DNA from: Eledone cirrhosa | Lineage: Eukaryota | NCBI GenBank assembly: GCA_964016885.1 | Contig: OZ024743.1 | Location: forward strand, 146,010,001 to 146,074,000 | Reading direction: 5' to 3' | DNA length: 64,000 nucleotides | Part shown: positions 25,001 to 36,034 of the stretch, one piece after another | Position numbering within the stretch: the stretch's first letter is position 1 | Layout of the letters: each line of letters opens with the position of its first letter | Notes under the pieces: generated by a model | Told to the model about the DNA's origin: nothing | The model's database searches: none | Seen by the model: the letters and a program-made list of their open reading frames with translations, nothing else | Made by a program: the position numbers and the translations under genes

Positions 25001-27707
25001 CTTGATGAAGCAGCATAATCAATTGCTACAAAGGAGCAACTACAGGGGAATAAAACTAATGAACTAAGTTATGAAAGTGACAGAGTTCTAGTAAATTAGA
25101 TGAGATGCAGTTTGGTTTTTTGACATAAGAAGCCACTCTATCTAGTTTTTGTTGATCTTGAGAAAACCTTTGATCGAGAACTATGATCTGTCATTTGGTT
25201 GTCCTTAAGGGGACTAGGTGTAGAAGAGTTGATTATGAAAGCAGTGCAAGCCATGTAAAGAGGAGTTGTCGGTAAAGTGAGAGTAGGAAGTGAGTTTAGT
25301 GAGGAATTCAAGGTATAGGTACAAAGAACAGGAGTGCACCAGGGTTCAGTTCTTAGCCCACTTCTGTTTATCATAGTCTGCCAGGCCATAGCAGAGTAGT
25401 TTAAGACTGGTTGTCCATAGGAAATTTTGTATGATGATGATCTTGTCTTCATTGCTGAATTTGTTGAAGATCTAGAGAATAAATTCTAACTGTGAAAATA
25501 GAACTTTGAATCAAAAGGGCTGAGGGTAAACTGAATGGAGAGAAGATGCAGTAGGCGAAGACTTGGGTGGAGGTGGTGAGGCTCACAGAGATGACAAAAG
25601 AGCAAAACAAGTGGAGAGATGCTGTGCTGAAAAATACCTGTTCAACCCATGCAAACGTGGAACAGCAGACGTATGATGATGATGGTGATATATCATACCT
25701 ACATATTAATACATGTACACACTCAAGTACACTCACAATATGTTTATATAGAAATGAATACATCTACTTGTAGCACTGTGAACCTATAAATGTATTTGTG
25801 TGTCTAAATCAGAGGTTCTCAAAGTGGGCACTACCACCCCTTCAGGGGGTGCTGTGGCCTAAAGGCGTGGTAGAGATGATATAATATATCAAATATCAAA
25901 TGATACATATTATATATAAATATAGTAAAATAAAAAATATATAATGCCTTACCTCATCAATTACAATCATTTTCTGCTCAAGTGTGTTCACTTTTTCCTT
26001 GAGTTCATCATTCTCCTCGAGAAGTTGCTTGCCAAAAGTTACAGCCTGTTGAATCAATTTTTGTTTATCATTTAGCTGCTTTGTTAAAGATTCCACTTCT
26101 TTTTCCTTCTTTAAAAAATTAGCTTTTTGTTGAAGGAACCTATCTTCAAAAGTTTCACAGTCTTCTTCAGCATAGGAATCCAGTACCTGTTGTTCAATTA
26201 CACTTTCATTTCTCTGATCAGTTTCACAATCCACAGAAGACATACTATCTTCAATATTACTGCAAACATTAGTTTTGTAGGATCGTTCTGTATTTATACT
26301 GTCATTGAGAGTTCCTTCCGCAGAAAATTTACTACTTATAATGACACTGTTAGAATCTTTGACAGGGCACTCAGTGTTTATCATATCCATATCAACAGAA
26401 ATTCCAGTAGGAGATTCTGTCCTTATCTCATCCATGTCAATATCAACACAACCAGTAATTTCAGTAGAAGGTTCTGTCTTTACCATATCCATATGATGGC
26501 TTTCCAAACTATTTTCAACATTAGTCTCATCCTTTATTAAGGAATATTCCTTTTCCTTGTCTCTTTTAGGACTGAAGGTACTTACAACACTTGAAATAAC
26601 ATCTTTGTTTGTCTCTGCAGCAATGTTGTATTCTCCAACTACATTTTCACATAACAATTGTGAACTATTATCATGGTCATTGTCATCAATTGTATTATCT
26701 CTATGGTCATTGTCATTATTAGTAGCATGGCTATCAATAGTATCACAATCCTTAATACTAGTATTAGAGTGATCAATATCAATATTATCAACTACATTTT
26801 CACATAATTGTGAACTATTATCATGGTCATTGCTATCAATTGTATTATCTTCATGGCCATCGTCATTATTTGTAGCATGGCTATCAATAGTATCAGAGTG
26901 ATCAATATCAATATTATCATTACCATAATTATCAATATCATGATCAATATGGCTTTTGTTTCCATTATCATAATAACCAACATTATTATTGTCATGGTCC
27001 TTCATACTAACATCACAATTAACAATATCATTATCACCCCGACTCATAATACTACAATCATAATTATCAGCATCATTGTCATGGAACTCAATCTTATTCT
27101 CATAGTTACAGGTATTCTCATTGTCATCATAGTTTTCAATGTTGCTATCATCATGATCTTTATTATGTCTATCATACTTATCACTGTTGCATTCATTCAT
27201 TTCCACACTATTGCAAGTTTTTGATTCTGATGAGGAAACTTGGGAAAGCTCTTCATTCAAAGATAGAATTTCTTTAGGCATCTTAGATACTTGAACTTTA
27301 ATTCCATCCATAATTTGGTCTGGTAACTGGGATGTAGCCAGAACATTTTCTTGTGTTACATTTAAAGAATTACTTTCAAAGTTGGATTCTTGAAAGTTCT
27401 TTTGATCTGAAACAGCTTCCATTGAAGAACCAGTCACTGCATGTTGAAGTTCTTGATCCAAATTAATGGCACAGTTTTCAAATAAGGTAGAGTCATTTTT
27501 GTTGGTTATGTCAGTGCTATCATATTTATTGTCAGTATAAATATTTTTCATATGTGATAAGTCAACTGTAAAGTCCTCAGAAACTGAATATAACATAGAA
27601 GAATCATTCAAATTATTCATTGTATCAAAATCTTCATGCTTCATAGGATTCCCCAATAACTCATTTGAATCAACCCCTGCAGATACTAATTCATCCATCA
27701 AACTCAT
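5303..27707 (-). CDS. SPDL1: Spindly (kinetochore dynein-dynactin adaptor), spliced CDS of 10 exons, 1116 aa
   Basis: Ten GT-AG exons join in frame (3351 nt). CC1 box [14 protein letters not shown], long coiled coil, Spindly motif [10 protein letters not shown]|[20 protein letters not shown] and C-terminal CaaX CTQQ* (human CPQQ). Confidence 0.93.
6168..6512 (+). mobile_element. RTE LINE 3' end fragment
   Basis: Matches the 3' UTR of the longer RTE copies (gttggtgttaggaagggcatccagctgtagaaa) and ends in (GAT)n. Confidence 0.85.
6810..6994 (-). CDS. SPDL1: Spindly coding exon 9
   Basis: tcttacag|G ... CCAG|gtatta; [12 protein letters not shown]...[14 protein letters not shown]. Confidence 0.9.
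7600..7700 (-). CDS. SPDL1: Spindly coding exon 8
   Basis: ttttattcag|TTA ... CA|gtaagt; [33 protein letters not shown]; its phase-2 end fits the next exon. Confidence 0.85.
8584..9060 (-). mobile_element. RTE LINE 3' end fragment
   Basis: (CAT)n tail, 3' UTR and ORF end; reverse complement of about 42580-43087. Confidence 0.85.
9112..9412. repeat. About 300-bp foldback (long imperfect palindrome)
   Basis: Arms aatgtattcatgagtgaataat... and ...attattcactcatgaatacatt; centre near 9250-9265; abuts (TA)n. Confidence 0.9.
9431..11082 (+). mobile_element. RTE LINE, 5'-truncated (RT, PHD-like finger, 3' UTR)
   Basis: [31 protein letters not shown] and RRLHWYGHV motifs. Confidence 0.93.
11129..11269 (-). 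CDS. SPDL1: Spindly coding exon 7
   Basis: caacag|ATG ... GAG|gtaagt; [14 protein letters not shown]...KSMEKHE; 141 nt. Confidence 0.9.
11592..11702 (-). CDS. SPDL1: Spindly coding exon 6
   Basis: ttactag|GTG ... AAA|gtacag; [26 protein letters not shown]..., the second half of the Spindly motif. Confidence 0.9.
12671..12782. repeat. 56-bp tandem duplication
   Basis: attatcaaaa(a/t)tatagac...ttagaaataaaacaaaaagg present twice. Confidence 0.8.
13144..13242 (-). CDS. SPDL1: Spindly coding exon 5 (Spindly motif)
   Basis: aatctag|CTA ... GAG|gtgaag; [13 protein letters not shown]...[11 protein letters not shown]; 99 nt. Confidence 0.93.
14180..15051 (+). mobile_element. mariner transposon, internally deleted, about 100-bp TIRs, TA TSD
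   Basis: TA-CGAGGTGTGTCAGAAAAGTTCC...GGAACTTTTCTGACCCACCTCA-TA; HTH motif [18 protein letters not shown] and C-terminal GDYFEG. Confidence 0.93.
15125..15415 (-). mobile_element. RTE LINE 3' UTR fragment
   Basis: (CAT)n-cgtttaacgtc tail and the shared 3' UTR core. Confidence 0.8.
15929..16078 (-). CDS. SPDL1: Spindly coding exon 4
   Basis: ttacag|ACT ... GCG|gtatgt; TTLKSQL...[15 protein letters not shown]; 150 nt, coiled coil. Confidence 0.88.
16703..19203. mobile_element. Second RTE-clade LINE family with an inverted 5' half (APE on minus strand, RT on plus strand)
   Basis: Minus strand: [51 protein letters not shown]. Plus strand from about 18330: [24 protein letters not shown]. Candidate TSD ATGATGACAAT. 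Confidence 0.85.
19288..19482 (-). CDS. SPDL1: Spindly coding exon 3
   Basis: atacag|TTG ... TGT|gtgagt; [10 protein letters not shown]...VLDLQTEC; 195 nt. Confidence 0.88.
20590..22040 (-). mobile_element. RTE LINE fragment
   Basis: [21 protein letters not shown]-like cysteines, [12 protein letters not shown], 3' UTR and (CAT)n. Confidence 0.9.
22351..22512 (-). CDS. SPDL1: Spindly coding exon 2
   Basis: tttcag|AAA ... GAA|gtatgt; [22 protein letters not shown]...; 162 nt. Confidence 0.88.
23650..25690 (+). mobile_element. Highly degenerate RTE LINE (APE endonuclease, RT and tail)
   Basis: Remnants of [32 protein letters not shown], with many stops; (GAT)n end. Confidence 0.8.
25953..27707 (-). 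CDS. SPDL1: Spindly first coding exon (585 codons; acidic D/N-rich extension plus CC1 box)
   Basis: Acceptor tttgcag|TCAAT-ATG at 27712; uninterrupted ORF; donor GAG|gtaagg; CC1 box AVTFG at 26031-26045. Confidence 0.88.
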
Positions 27708-29801
27708 ATTGACTGCAAAGATATAAAATAAAGAAAAACACCAACATCATATAACAAGTTTTCATTAAGATAAAAAAAAGTATGCTGAATCAAAATCAAT
27801 TATGATAGACTGAAAGGGCTTTTACACATTATTTTGTAAATACTCAAGTAATTTAAATCTAGTCTTAATTCATCCAAGCAATTAAGTAATGCTTAAGATG
27901 ACAAAATATTCTATTACTATTAATGCCAGCATAAAATGGACAGATGAAAAAATGTTATTCAAAGTCATATCATCATTTAAAATCGTCATATCATTTCATA
28001 TTCGTCATATCATCATTTAAAATCCATTTTTCCATGCTAACATGGGTTAGACGAGTTATCCCATTGTGAGACATGCCAAGTCAGATGCCAATACATAACT
28101 GAATTTGGCTTGATTTCTATGGCTGGATGCCCTTCCTAACTCCAACCACATTTACAGTGTGTGTTGGGTGCTTTTGTTATGACATATATGAAATTATTTT
28201 TTATGGAAATTAGAGGTGTAGCAAGTGCTGGACTGTTTTTTGGGTGTAGTCACACGTAGTTGTTTGTATTGCTGATGACTTTAGCAGAGACTCGGTGTTA
28301 TCAAGACCATCGCTACTATTAGGATAACTAGGCAGCCGCCTAGGGCGTATTACTGAAACTTAAAGGAACAGTTTTATACAAATTAAATATATACTTTTTT
28401 GCAAATAAATAAATTGTTAAACATATTTGCCGTGTAGCAGCATTGTGGAAATATCGAAAGTAGTGGAGAAAGGCATATGATGTTTTGATTTGTAACATGA
28501 TACGGCGGGGGTGAGTGAGGCCTGAGCAGTTGGAAATATAGGTTTTATAGTTTTCTAAGTGTGGTGTGGTCAGTGCATAATTGGGTGAAGGACGTGTATC
28601 CGTATTGCTAACCAAGGGCGCTAAATATCGATCTTGGATGTGATGGTATTAAGAAACGTTTACTCTTGTTGTCATTCCTTATATCACCAGTGAATAACGC
28701 TTATTTTATTCTACGCTAAACGCTTATAATGAAAATATTAGTGATTTAAAAACAAGCAGTTTCTATAATCTTACTTAATCATTGTCTCAATTTTATTCGC
28801 CCTAGCCTGCGAGATATTTGAATATTTGTAATCAGGCCCGCTTCCAAAAAGGTTTGCCGAGCCCTGTTCTAGAATATCACTAAAATAATACAAAATATAT
28901 CATGTTTCTTATTCTTAATAATCAATACTATGATGAAAATATTTGATATTACGCAACACAGCAACAACCTTTAAGTTTTATTTCCCGTAAATAAACATTG
29001 ATAATTTCTTTAGCCTCATATTTGTGGAGACGGGTTCAGCCAATAATGATATAGTACTTTACTGGTACTTATTTTATCGACTTCAATAGGATGAGAAAAA
29101 AAGCTAACTTTGGTGGGATTCAAAGAAATTAGAATGTAAAGCGTAGCTAAATACCTAATATTGCCAATCCATAGTCTTTTTAACACTAGCAAATGTCTTT
29201 GCGGTCTTGTCTGAGGAGCGCAGCCCCAACACCGCCGCGCCCTAGGCCCAGAGCCCATCACCCTCCCATTCTTCTGTGACCATAGAGCCTTTGCCTTTCC
29301 CTTCATTTACCGTTTTTAAATATCTGTAGTGTTGTTATTCGAAATAGATTTGTTTATGAATTTTTTTATTTTTATTAATAAAAACGTTTTTCTTTGTAAT
29401 AGAGTATATTAAAAAAATTAATAAAGTACCAGCAATATATTTCATGAAGGAATCGGCGGTGTAGTTATGCGTAATCCTGAATATACTAAAGACAGGATGG
29501 TCCTGGCTGGAACGTTTTTAGATCATTATGCTTTACTAAGGCTGATTTGGGATTTTATTTTCCTGCTTTTCTAACACTGCCTTGAACTGCATTCAACTAT
29601 AATACATGTCGCTGGAGATACACTAACGCATTATAAACAACAGCACAAAACGGAAATTATTGTTATTAATAATAAAAAAAGGTAACTATAATATTTATTA
29701 ATTTGATAACTTACTTATACATGATTAATAAACGGTGTTTTATATATATAATTTAGTTAATAAACGATTTAATTTCAACAAATAAATTGTATACAACTCA
29801 C

Positions 29802-29880
29802 CTATTTATAACTTAAACCGTCTGATAAGCTGTTTTCAATTTGAATTTGAATGAGGCGCCTAACAGCTTTATTGGAAAGC
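29802..29880 (-). promoter_or_regulatory. Putative non-coding first exon and core promoter of Spindly (CHR/CDE/CCAAT-like)
   Basis: Perfect donor AG|GTGAGT at 29802/29801; tandem TTTGAA at 29840-29851; GGCGCC at 29855-29860; ATTGG at 29871-29875. Confidence 0.55.
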
Positions 29881-30419
29881 TCTACACACAAGGGAAGTAA
29901 ATTCAGCTAATTACTCCAGTTTTGCGGGTCTCTCTCGCTCTCTATTTTTTATTGCTGGAGTTATAATTGTTTGGCAGATCTGAAAGAATTGCATCGCAGA
30001 AGGAAGAACCATTTTAAATCACACAAAAAACTGTTGCATTTACTTTCATTTATTTCTACGTTGTATTGTCAAAAAGTTCCGCCCCACTCTTGTTGTATTT
30101 TGATTTTCTATAAAATATCATGTTGCTTTTAATTTATATTTAGAATTATTTATTTGGTTGTTGTCTAACCTGATAGAACAGAACTATGGCCATTCATCTT
30201 TTTAGGGGTATCTAGGACTATGTTATGTAAATGTAGTAGGGTAAGATTTGAGGGAAATTAGGCTGCCATTTCTAACAGGTAGGGTAGTTCGTTCACTCGA
30301 CATATACATGGGCTACCGTACTCCAGAGAACACTGCTCACTTCACACAGGCTCGCATATACATATAAACAATTAATTATTGCTAGGAACCTTATAAATAT
30401 AATACACAAAAATATGCAA

Positions 30420-31610
30420 TCAGAGCGAAAAAAACAACAACAAACAACAAAACATCAATTCATCACTAAGTGCGTCAATCGGTCACACATCACAAGGGTC
30501 ATCGGAAATTTTTGAGGCAAGCCAGCACACTCGCAACATTACTGCAAGTGATGGCTAGGCTAAGGCACTGAAACAACAAAGTACCCACACGAACATCACC
30601 AGCCATCTCGGTAGGGCGAGCCGCTAGGGATAACAAGAACTTCGCTGTCAGCGGCCCAATTCCCCAAAACATCTCGAACGCCATGACTGGAAAAAATGGT
30701 TTACTGATAAGTCTCGGTACTTTAGAATTTTAATCCGTTTGGCTACAGAAGCAGTGACCCTCACATTTACTGCAACATCCAGGATGTGGGAGGGAACAAA
30801 AGAGTCACTGACTGTGGCGTCCCAAATGAGACATCTACCTCTTACCCAGTGACAAAATATTAGAACATCTGATTTCTTCCCATCAACCCTCGACAATCTA
30901 TCTGGTTCCAGAACTGAGGGGATATTTACCTGAGCTAGGACACACTTAATTATCAGGTTTAGCTCGGTGTGGCGAGCGAAGCGACCAACATTTCAGACGA
31001 CAAGACAAACCACGAAGGCCTGTGGAATCGAGGGTCCTACCACAGCGACATCGGTTCCCACTCTGAGTAGACTTGCATTTTGTGCTTGCAGAAAGTAGGC
31101 AATATCTTGAAAATTGATCAGATTGATCAAAGAGATAGTTGAAGGTATCACCCGAACGCAGACTGTCCCACACTCTCTCCTTACGTCTATCCTCATCTGT
31201 ATCAGAAACTGACAAACAGTGTCGGATTTAGTACAAATGAGGCCCTGTGCTAGTTAAGTTATGAAGTCCTTTACTTGGGCCCCGAGAGATGTAAAAATGC
31301 TTTTTGGCTGGAAGATGGACCCCCTTGAACAACGGGACCCTGTGCTTAAGCACAATAGTAAATCCGGCACTGCTGATAAACCTAGCTCTCTCCACTGTAG
31401 TAGAGTTTCACCCATCTCCTTGTTGGGATTAGTCCATTTTGGACAAGAGAGTGTGCTACCCAGTAGAGGAGAGAAAGCTTCGATGGAGGTAAGAAAACAG
31501 ACAAGAAACAGAGACTTAGACCTCCAAACCGTTAAATTAGATAGACAAGCTGACAGAAAATATTTCCCTCTCAACTTTGGTAGGATATGAATAGAGAGAA
31601 AACTTCTATC
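30420..31610 (-). mobile_element. CRE-clade non-LTR retrotransposon 3' fragment (CCHC-like knuckle plus restriction-like endonuclease)
   Basis: CRCGRTLDSTGLRGLSC; DGKKSD...W.RGRCLIWDATVSD...KILKYRDL; FEMFWGIGP...LFQCLSLAITCSNVASVL. Confidence 0.8.
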
Positions 31611-32099
31611 GTAAATTTGTCTCTCAATTTCACAAGAACATAAATTATTTCTTATCAAGTTACTTTTTTTTGTTTGAATAAAAAAAATATCTAAGTTTGA
31701 CTGGCTGCTTTACAGGAACAACGTTTCATTACTGTTCTAGGGGTCTATAATTTAATACAAAATAAGTATCAGAAGTAATAATATACCAGAATAGTCGCAT
31801 TCATACGAAAAATAATACTAGACCCCCCCCCCCACACACACACAAAAAAAAAAATCACCTAAGACGGAGCCAAACAAATCTCCAACTCTTATCTGTAGCT
31901 CATCTATACTGTCCAAGCAAAATGTTATATTTAAATTTCACCATAAAAGTGAATATGAATTCCACTCACCTCACTGCTTTGACTTTTTTTTAAATATTCA
32001 TTATATATATATATATCATTAAAAAAAAAATTATTTACAGTTGTATAAATATCCTTACAAATCCTTACAGAATGAAAATGTAAACACATATAGAAAATA

Positions 32100-32250
32100 A
32101 TATAATATAATTGTTTCTACTTTTTGGCACAAGGCCAGCAATTATCTCAGTGTATCGACCCCATAAGGATGAAAGGCAAAGTTAAACTCGGCGGGATTTG
32201 AACTCGGACCATAAAGGGCTGTAACTCTTTGCTGTAAAGCATGGTGTCAG
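32100..32250 (-). mobile_element. tRNA-derived SINE
   Basis: B box GAGTTCAAATCC followed by aactttgcctttcatcc...ggggtcgat and tail ggccttgtgccaaaaagtagaaac. Related pieces at 55150-55310, 58060-58220, 63350-63490 and 63735-63790. Confidence 0.7.
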
Positions 32251-32329
32251 ACCCACTATACCGATACTGCCAATAATATAATATAATACACAAAAATATA
32301 TCAGAAATAATATACCAAAAGGAGGAGGC

Positions 32330-32640
32330 GAAAACAAAAACGAAAACGACCACCAATTCACAACTAAGTGCGACAATTGGCCGCACATCATAAGGGTCAA
32401 CGGAACACTTTGAGGCAAGCTAACACGCTCGAAACATTTCCACTGGTGATGGCGCTAAAACAACCAGGCACCCCCACGAGCATCACCTAACACCTCAGTA
32501 AGGGGAGCCGCCGGCGATGACAAGAACTTCGCTCTCAGCGGCCTAACTCCACCAAACGCCTCAAATGCTCAGGCCGGAAAAAATAATTATTAGATAAATC
32601 CAGGTTTTTCCGAATTTTATTTTACTCGGATATCAGCAAC
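32330..32640 (-). mobile_element. CRE-clade 3' end fragment, same family as 30420-30730
   Basis: Aligns to the endonuclease C-terminus and 3' UTR of the previous copy (actaagtgcg, aagggtca, tttgaggcaagc). Confidence 0.75.
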
Positions 32641-32669
32641 GAGAAGTTTCCCTTCACTTCTCCAAGCAC

Positions 32670-33250
32670 GCCTGTTTCCTCTACCGCTCTCCGAATTCTT
32701 CCAGCTACCAACGTCTATTCAAACCTATCTCTTCCTGCACCGAGTACCTCATTTCGACTCTCTCTGAAGTCATTATCCTTGGTGACTTCAATGATCATAA
32801 CACTTATTCATTCTTGGATTTACCCAACCCTAATGCTGCTGGTGCAGAAACTGGATCATTTGCAATCCTTAACACTTTACAAGAAGCTGACACACAGACT
32901 GTCAAAACCTCTTCGATTTCTTTTCTTACTTCTAAGCCTAGATTATACAGAATCGTCACCGTCTTTGCATCTTTCGAGTTGTCCGACCGCAACCTTATCT
33001 CAACTACCACGACACTTTCACTTTTTACACAATGCCCTTTACCATCCGGACCACATGGAACTTCAATCAGCTGATTTGTCGGTGTTTCACAATTTCTATG
33101 CTGTCTCTGGCAACGCATATATTTCTTTACCCCTGACTTACCAGATGCAGCTAAGCGGATGACTGAAACCGTTCGCTTAGGCACGGTTCTCAACATCCTA
33201 CACATAATTAAAACCTAAATCACCTCCAAGGAGTTCTTTCATAGATGCGC
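32670..33250 (+). mobile_element. LINE APE-endonuclease fragment (CR1/L2/Jockey-like)
   Basis: LYRSPNS, EVIILGDFN and LSDRNLIS motifs. Confidence 0.65.
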
Positions 33251-33552
33251 TTCAACAGTAGATGCAAAACATCTTCCTTGTAACATTTTTTTTTTATTGA
33301 TTAGTTTCTTTTGTAAATAACAAACATTATATAATTTGATACACGCCAACACAATTCGCTTGTTAAAAAAGGTTTATTCTGTATCAATGTAAGCCATAGA
33401 AGACTTTAGGAACACGTTGTAAAATTGAAGTTTAAGAGATATATTACTTATTGCAAATGTTATTACAACGCATATTTACTATAATATAATTGAATGGAAT
33501 TAAGAAGGAAAAAAAAGTGAACAGAATCGCTACTACTACACCAAGAGGAATC

Positions 33553-34423
33553 TGTAGCGGATAAATATATTCCTTTCGGGATGAATAATAAAAAGAATAA
33601 TACCAGAATTGTGATGTTAACAATGTTTATTTTACAATACCAATATTCACTTGTTGGTACATTGAGCATCGAGTAATAAACTCGTGGCAGCAATTATCTC
33701 TACATTATTTGCTGGCTAACTAGCTAGCTAGCGAGTATGTATGTATCAATTACAACGATATAATAGACGGGAAATAACAGGAAGACGAAACATTAGTGAA
33801 AAACATAAGTAAACCTACGGTGTGTGTGTTTCTGTTTGTCTATCCTGTCGTTGGTCAAATTTGCCGAGCGGGTATGAAATGTGAGAGCCAGAGACCAGGA
33901 GAGAGAAAGAGTAAAAGGTCTGCTGATGTAGTCTGTGGCCGAGAAGGTGAGAGCCAGTAAGGCCAGGAGAGAGAAAGAGTAAAAAGTCTGCTGATGTTTA
34001 AATCGTTATCTCTCACGGACTGCTTGCTGTTTCGGGGTCTCTCTGTCTGGTGGTCTAGTCTGTGGCCGAGAAGTTAAGAGCCAGTGAGGCCAGGAGAGAT
34101 AGATAGAATAAAAGTGAATTGGCTACATCATTATTCTCTCAAGGACTGCTGCTTTGTGGTCTGGCTGCTGGATTCCCCAAGTCCTTGCATTTATAATAAC
34201 CCTATAGCTAGAAGGATGTGTATATGGGTTGATTTATGGGCAGCCCTATGTGTTTCTTCTGTCGACAAACTGGGGTCACAGGTCAAGTGGTATGTACGTT
34301 TATCATACTTGTTTCTTGACAGGACAGTCATGGGAAACTCCCAACAATAGGTGGTTCTAGAGTCTTGAAACCTCAGATTCGATTTCGAATCTTCGCCGGT
34401 AAACATAGGAGTATTCCGTTACA
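33553..34423. mobile_element. Solo LTR
   Basis: TGTAGCGGA...TCCGTTACA termini; near-TSD AATC/AGTC; internal tandem subrepeats; homologous to 36035-36726. Confidence 0.7.
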
Positions 34424-34469
34424 AGTCTTCCCACTTCTTTCCCTTAATTTATAACTCATATCTTTCAGC

Positions 34470-34880
34470 TAGAATGTTACACTGCAAACAATGGAAAGCA
34501 TAACCCGTCACAACCGAAGCCTGCTCGCCTTGACCATGAAGAAGGTAAATCTCTAATTTGGGATGCCACGTATTGCAACACGTTCTCTGCTTCCAGCCTT
34601 GTCGCTTCGGCCACAAACCCGAACACTACCGCTTGCAATGTAGAGAAGAGAAATAAAGCTAAATACCGGGACCTGACTAATCTTTTTTATACCTGTTGCT
34701 GTCGAGACCCCGGGTTTGCTCGGTCCCCGAGCTGCCATTTTCCTCCACAAAATTGGGAGGAGTGCATCACGCCTAAAGAAGGAGCTCCGTGGGGTAGAGT
34801 GGCTGATGCCGTGGGTCTCGTTTGCTGTTCTCTGCGCGAATGCCTTCGCTAGTTTGTCCGCGGGGCGCAGCTGAGGCATA
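34470..34880 (+). mobile_element. CRE-clade restriction-like endonuclease fragment
   Basis: EGKSLIWDATYCNTFSASSL...EKRNKAKYRDL, followed after a frameshift by PVAVETPGLLGP...VSFAVLCANA. Confidence 0.75.
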
Positions 34881-35513
34881 CCGCTTAGACTAGTGTGTAG
34901 AATCTGCCTCTCTCTTTCCCTTACTTTCATTATTTAATTTTTCCTTTTCTCTCTCTTTCGTTCGTTTTTCTTTCTATTGTATTACTTTATGTAATAAAGA
35001 AAGTATTGTATTACTTTATGTATTTTTATTTCCACGAATAAAGTTTTCTCATTGAAGTAGAAAAAGAAAGAAAATATAACAACGAAAAATAACTCTGTTT
35101 TATAAATATTTTAGTTACCTCCCTTGGAATCGTTTTCGTTATTTAAATTATATAGATGTATTGAATGACAATTGAACATTGAACTACCGACTCTTACATA
35201 CTCTGCGGTCCGAATTTCGCGTCTGGACTAGGTACATCATGTACTGGCAAATAAAATAAACAAGATTGGTGGAGTTGTTAACATTTTTGCAAGCTCTTTT
35301 CTTGTTTAGCTCCGGGTCCGCTGTTGTAACCATCTTGTTTTTTTTCCCAGACATTTTATACCTCGGACTATATTAGCCAATATGTCCCTCCCTTATTTTA
35401 AGATGGTAGGGCTTATTCCGAGGAAGAATCGACTGATATATCTAGCAGGTATACCCACAGTATATATGATTTTTCGTTGGCTCCTGTGTGCATATATGTG
35501 TAGTGATAGGAGT

Positions 35514-35998
35514 TGTAGCGACGTCGTTAGTGGGTCTGGTCACTACTTCTGAGCGGATCCGAGAATAGCCCTTAAAAGGACTGTTATCGCATACGGTATG
35601 ATCGGATCTGAGGATAGTCCTTAAAAGGACTGTTGTCACATATGGTAAGGATGAACAGACGAAATCACAAGTTGAAAGGACGAGCAAGGCGAGAGATGTA
35701 GTTTCGGTCAGCTATTTATTTTCATGCATGAAGCGACGATACAGAGGTACAAGGCGTGTGTGAGTGACAAGTGTGGCAGAGGAGAGGAACAACGATACGC
35801 GAGCTGACTCTGCCAAAGTCGACTGGCGAAAGTGTTTGGAATCACTCTATTTATACAAAAATAATCGTTTGATGTTTAGCCGCTGCGTAGGCGTTTTATT
35901 TTGCTGGCTTTAAGGGTTGCTTGTTTCACGGTGAGGTAGCTAGCTAAGCAGATAGATGGAGTTGTTTATTTCACAGATGTTATTTCCGGTGGTTGTAC
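35514..35998 (-). mobile_element. Probable solo LTR
   Basis: Starts TGTAGCG; about 49-bp internal tandem repeat; minus-strand TATAAATA (about 35850) and AATAAA (about 35715); right boundary uncertain. Confidence 0.45.
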
Positions 35999-36034
35999 AA
36001 GGTCACCATTATGTAGCGAATAGGGTCACGTCCA

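Noticed and set aside
26127-27224. Plus-strand Ile/Met-rich ORFs
   Set aside because: Antisense shadows of the GAT/AAT-rich Spindly exon.
25809-28867. hAT-like ends (CAGAGGTTCTCAAA ... TTTGCCGAGCCCTG) bracketing the large Spindly exon, suggesting exon capture
   Set aside because: The ends match poorly and no 8-bp TSD was seen; more likely two independent remnants.
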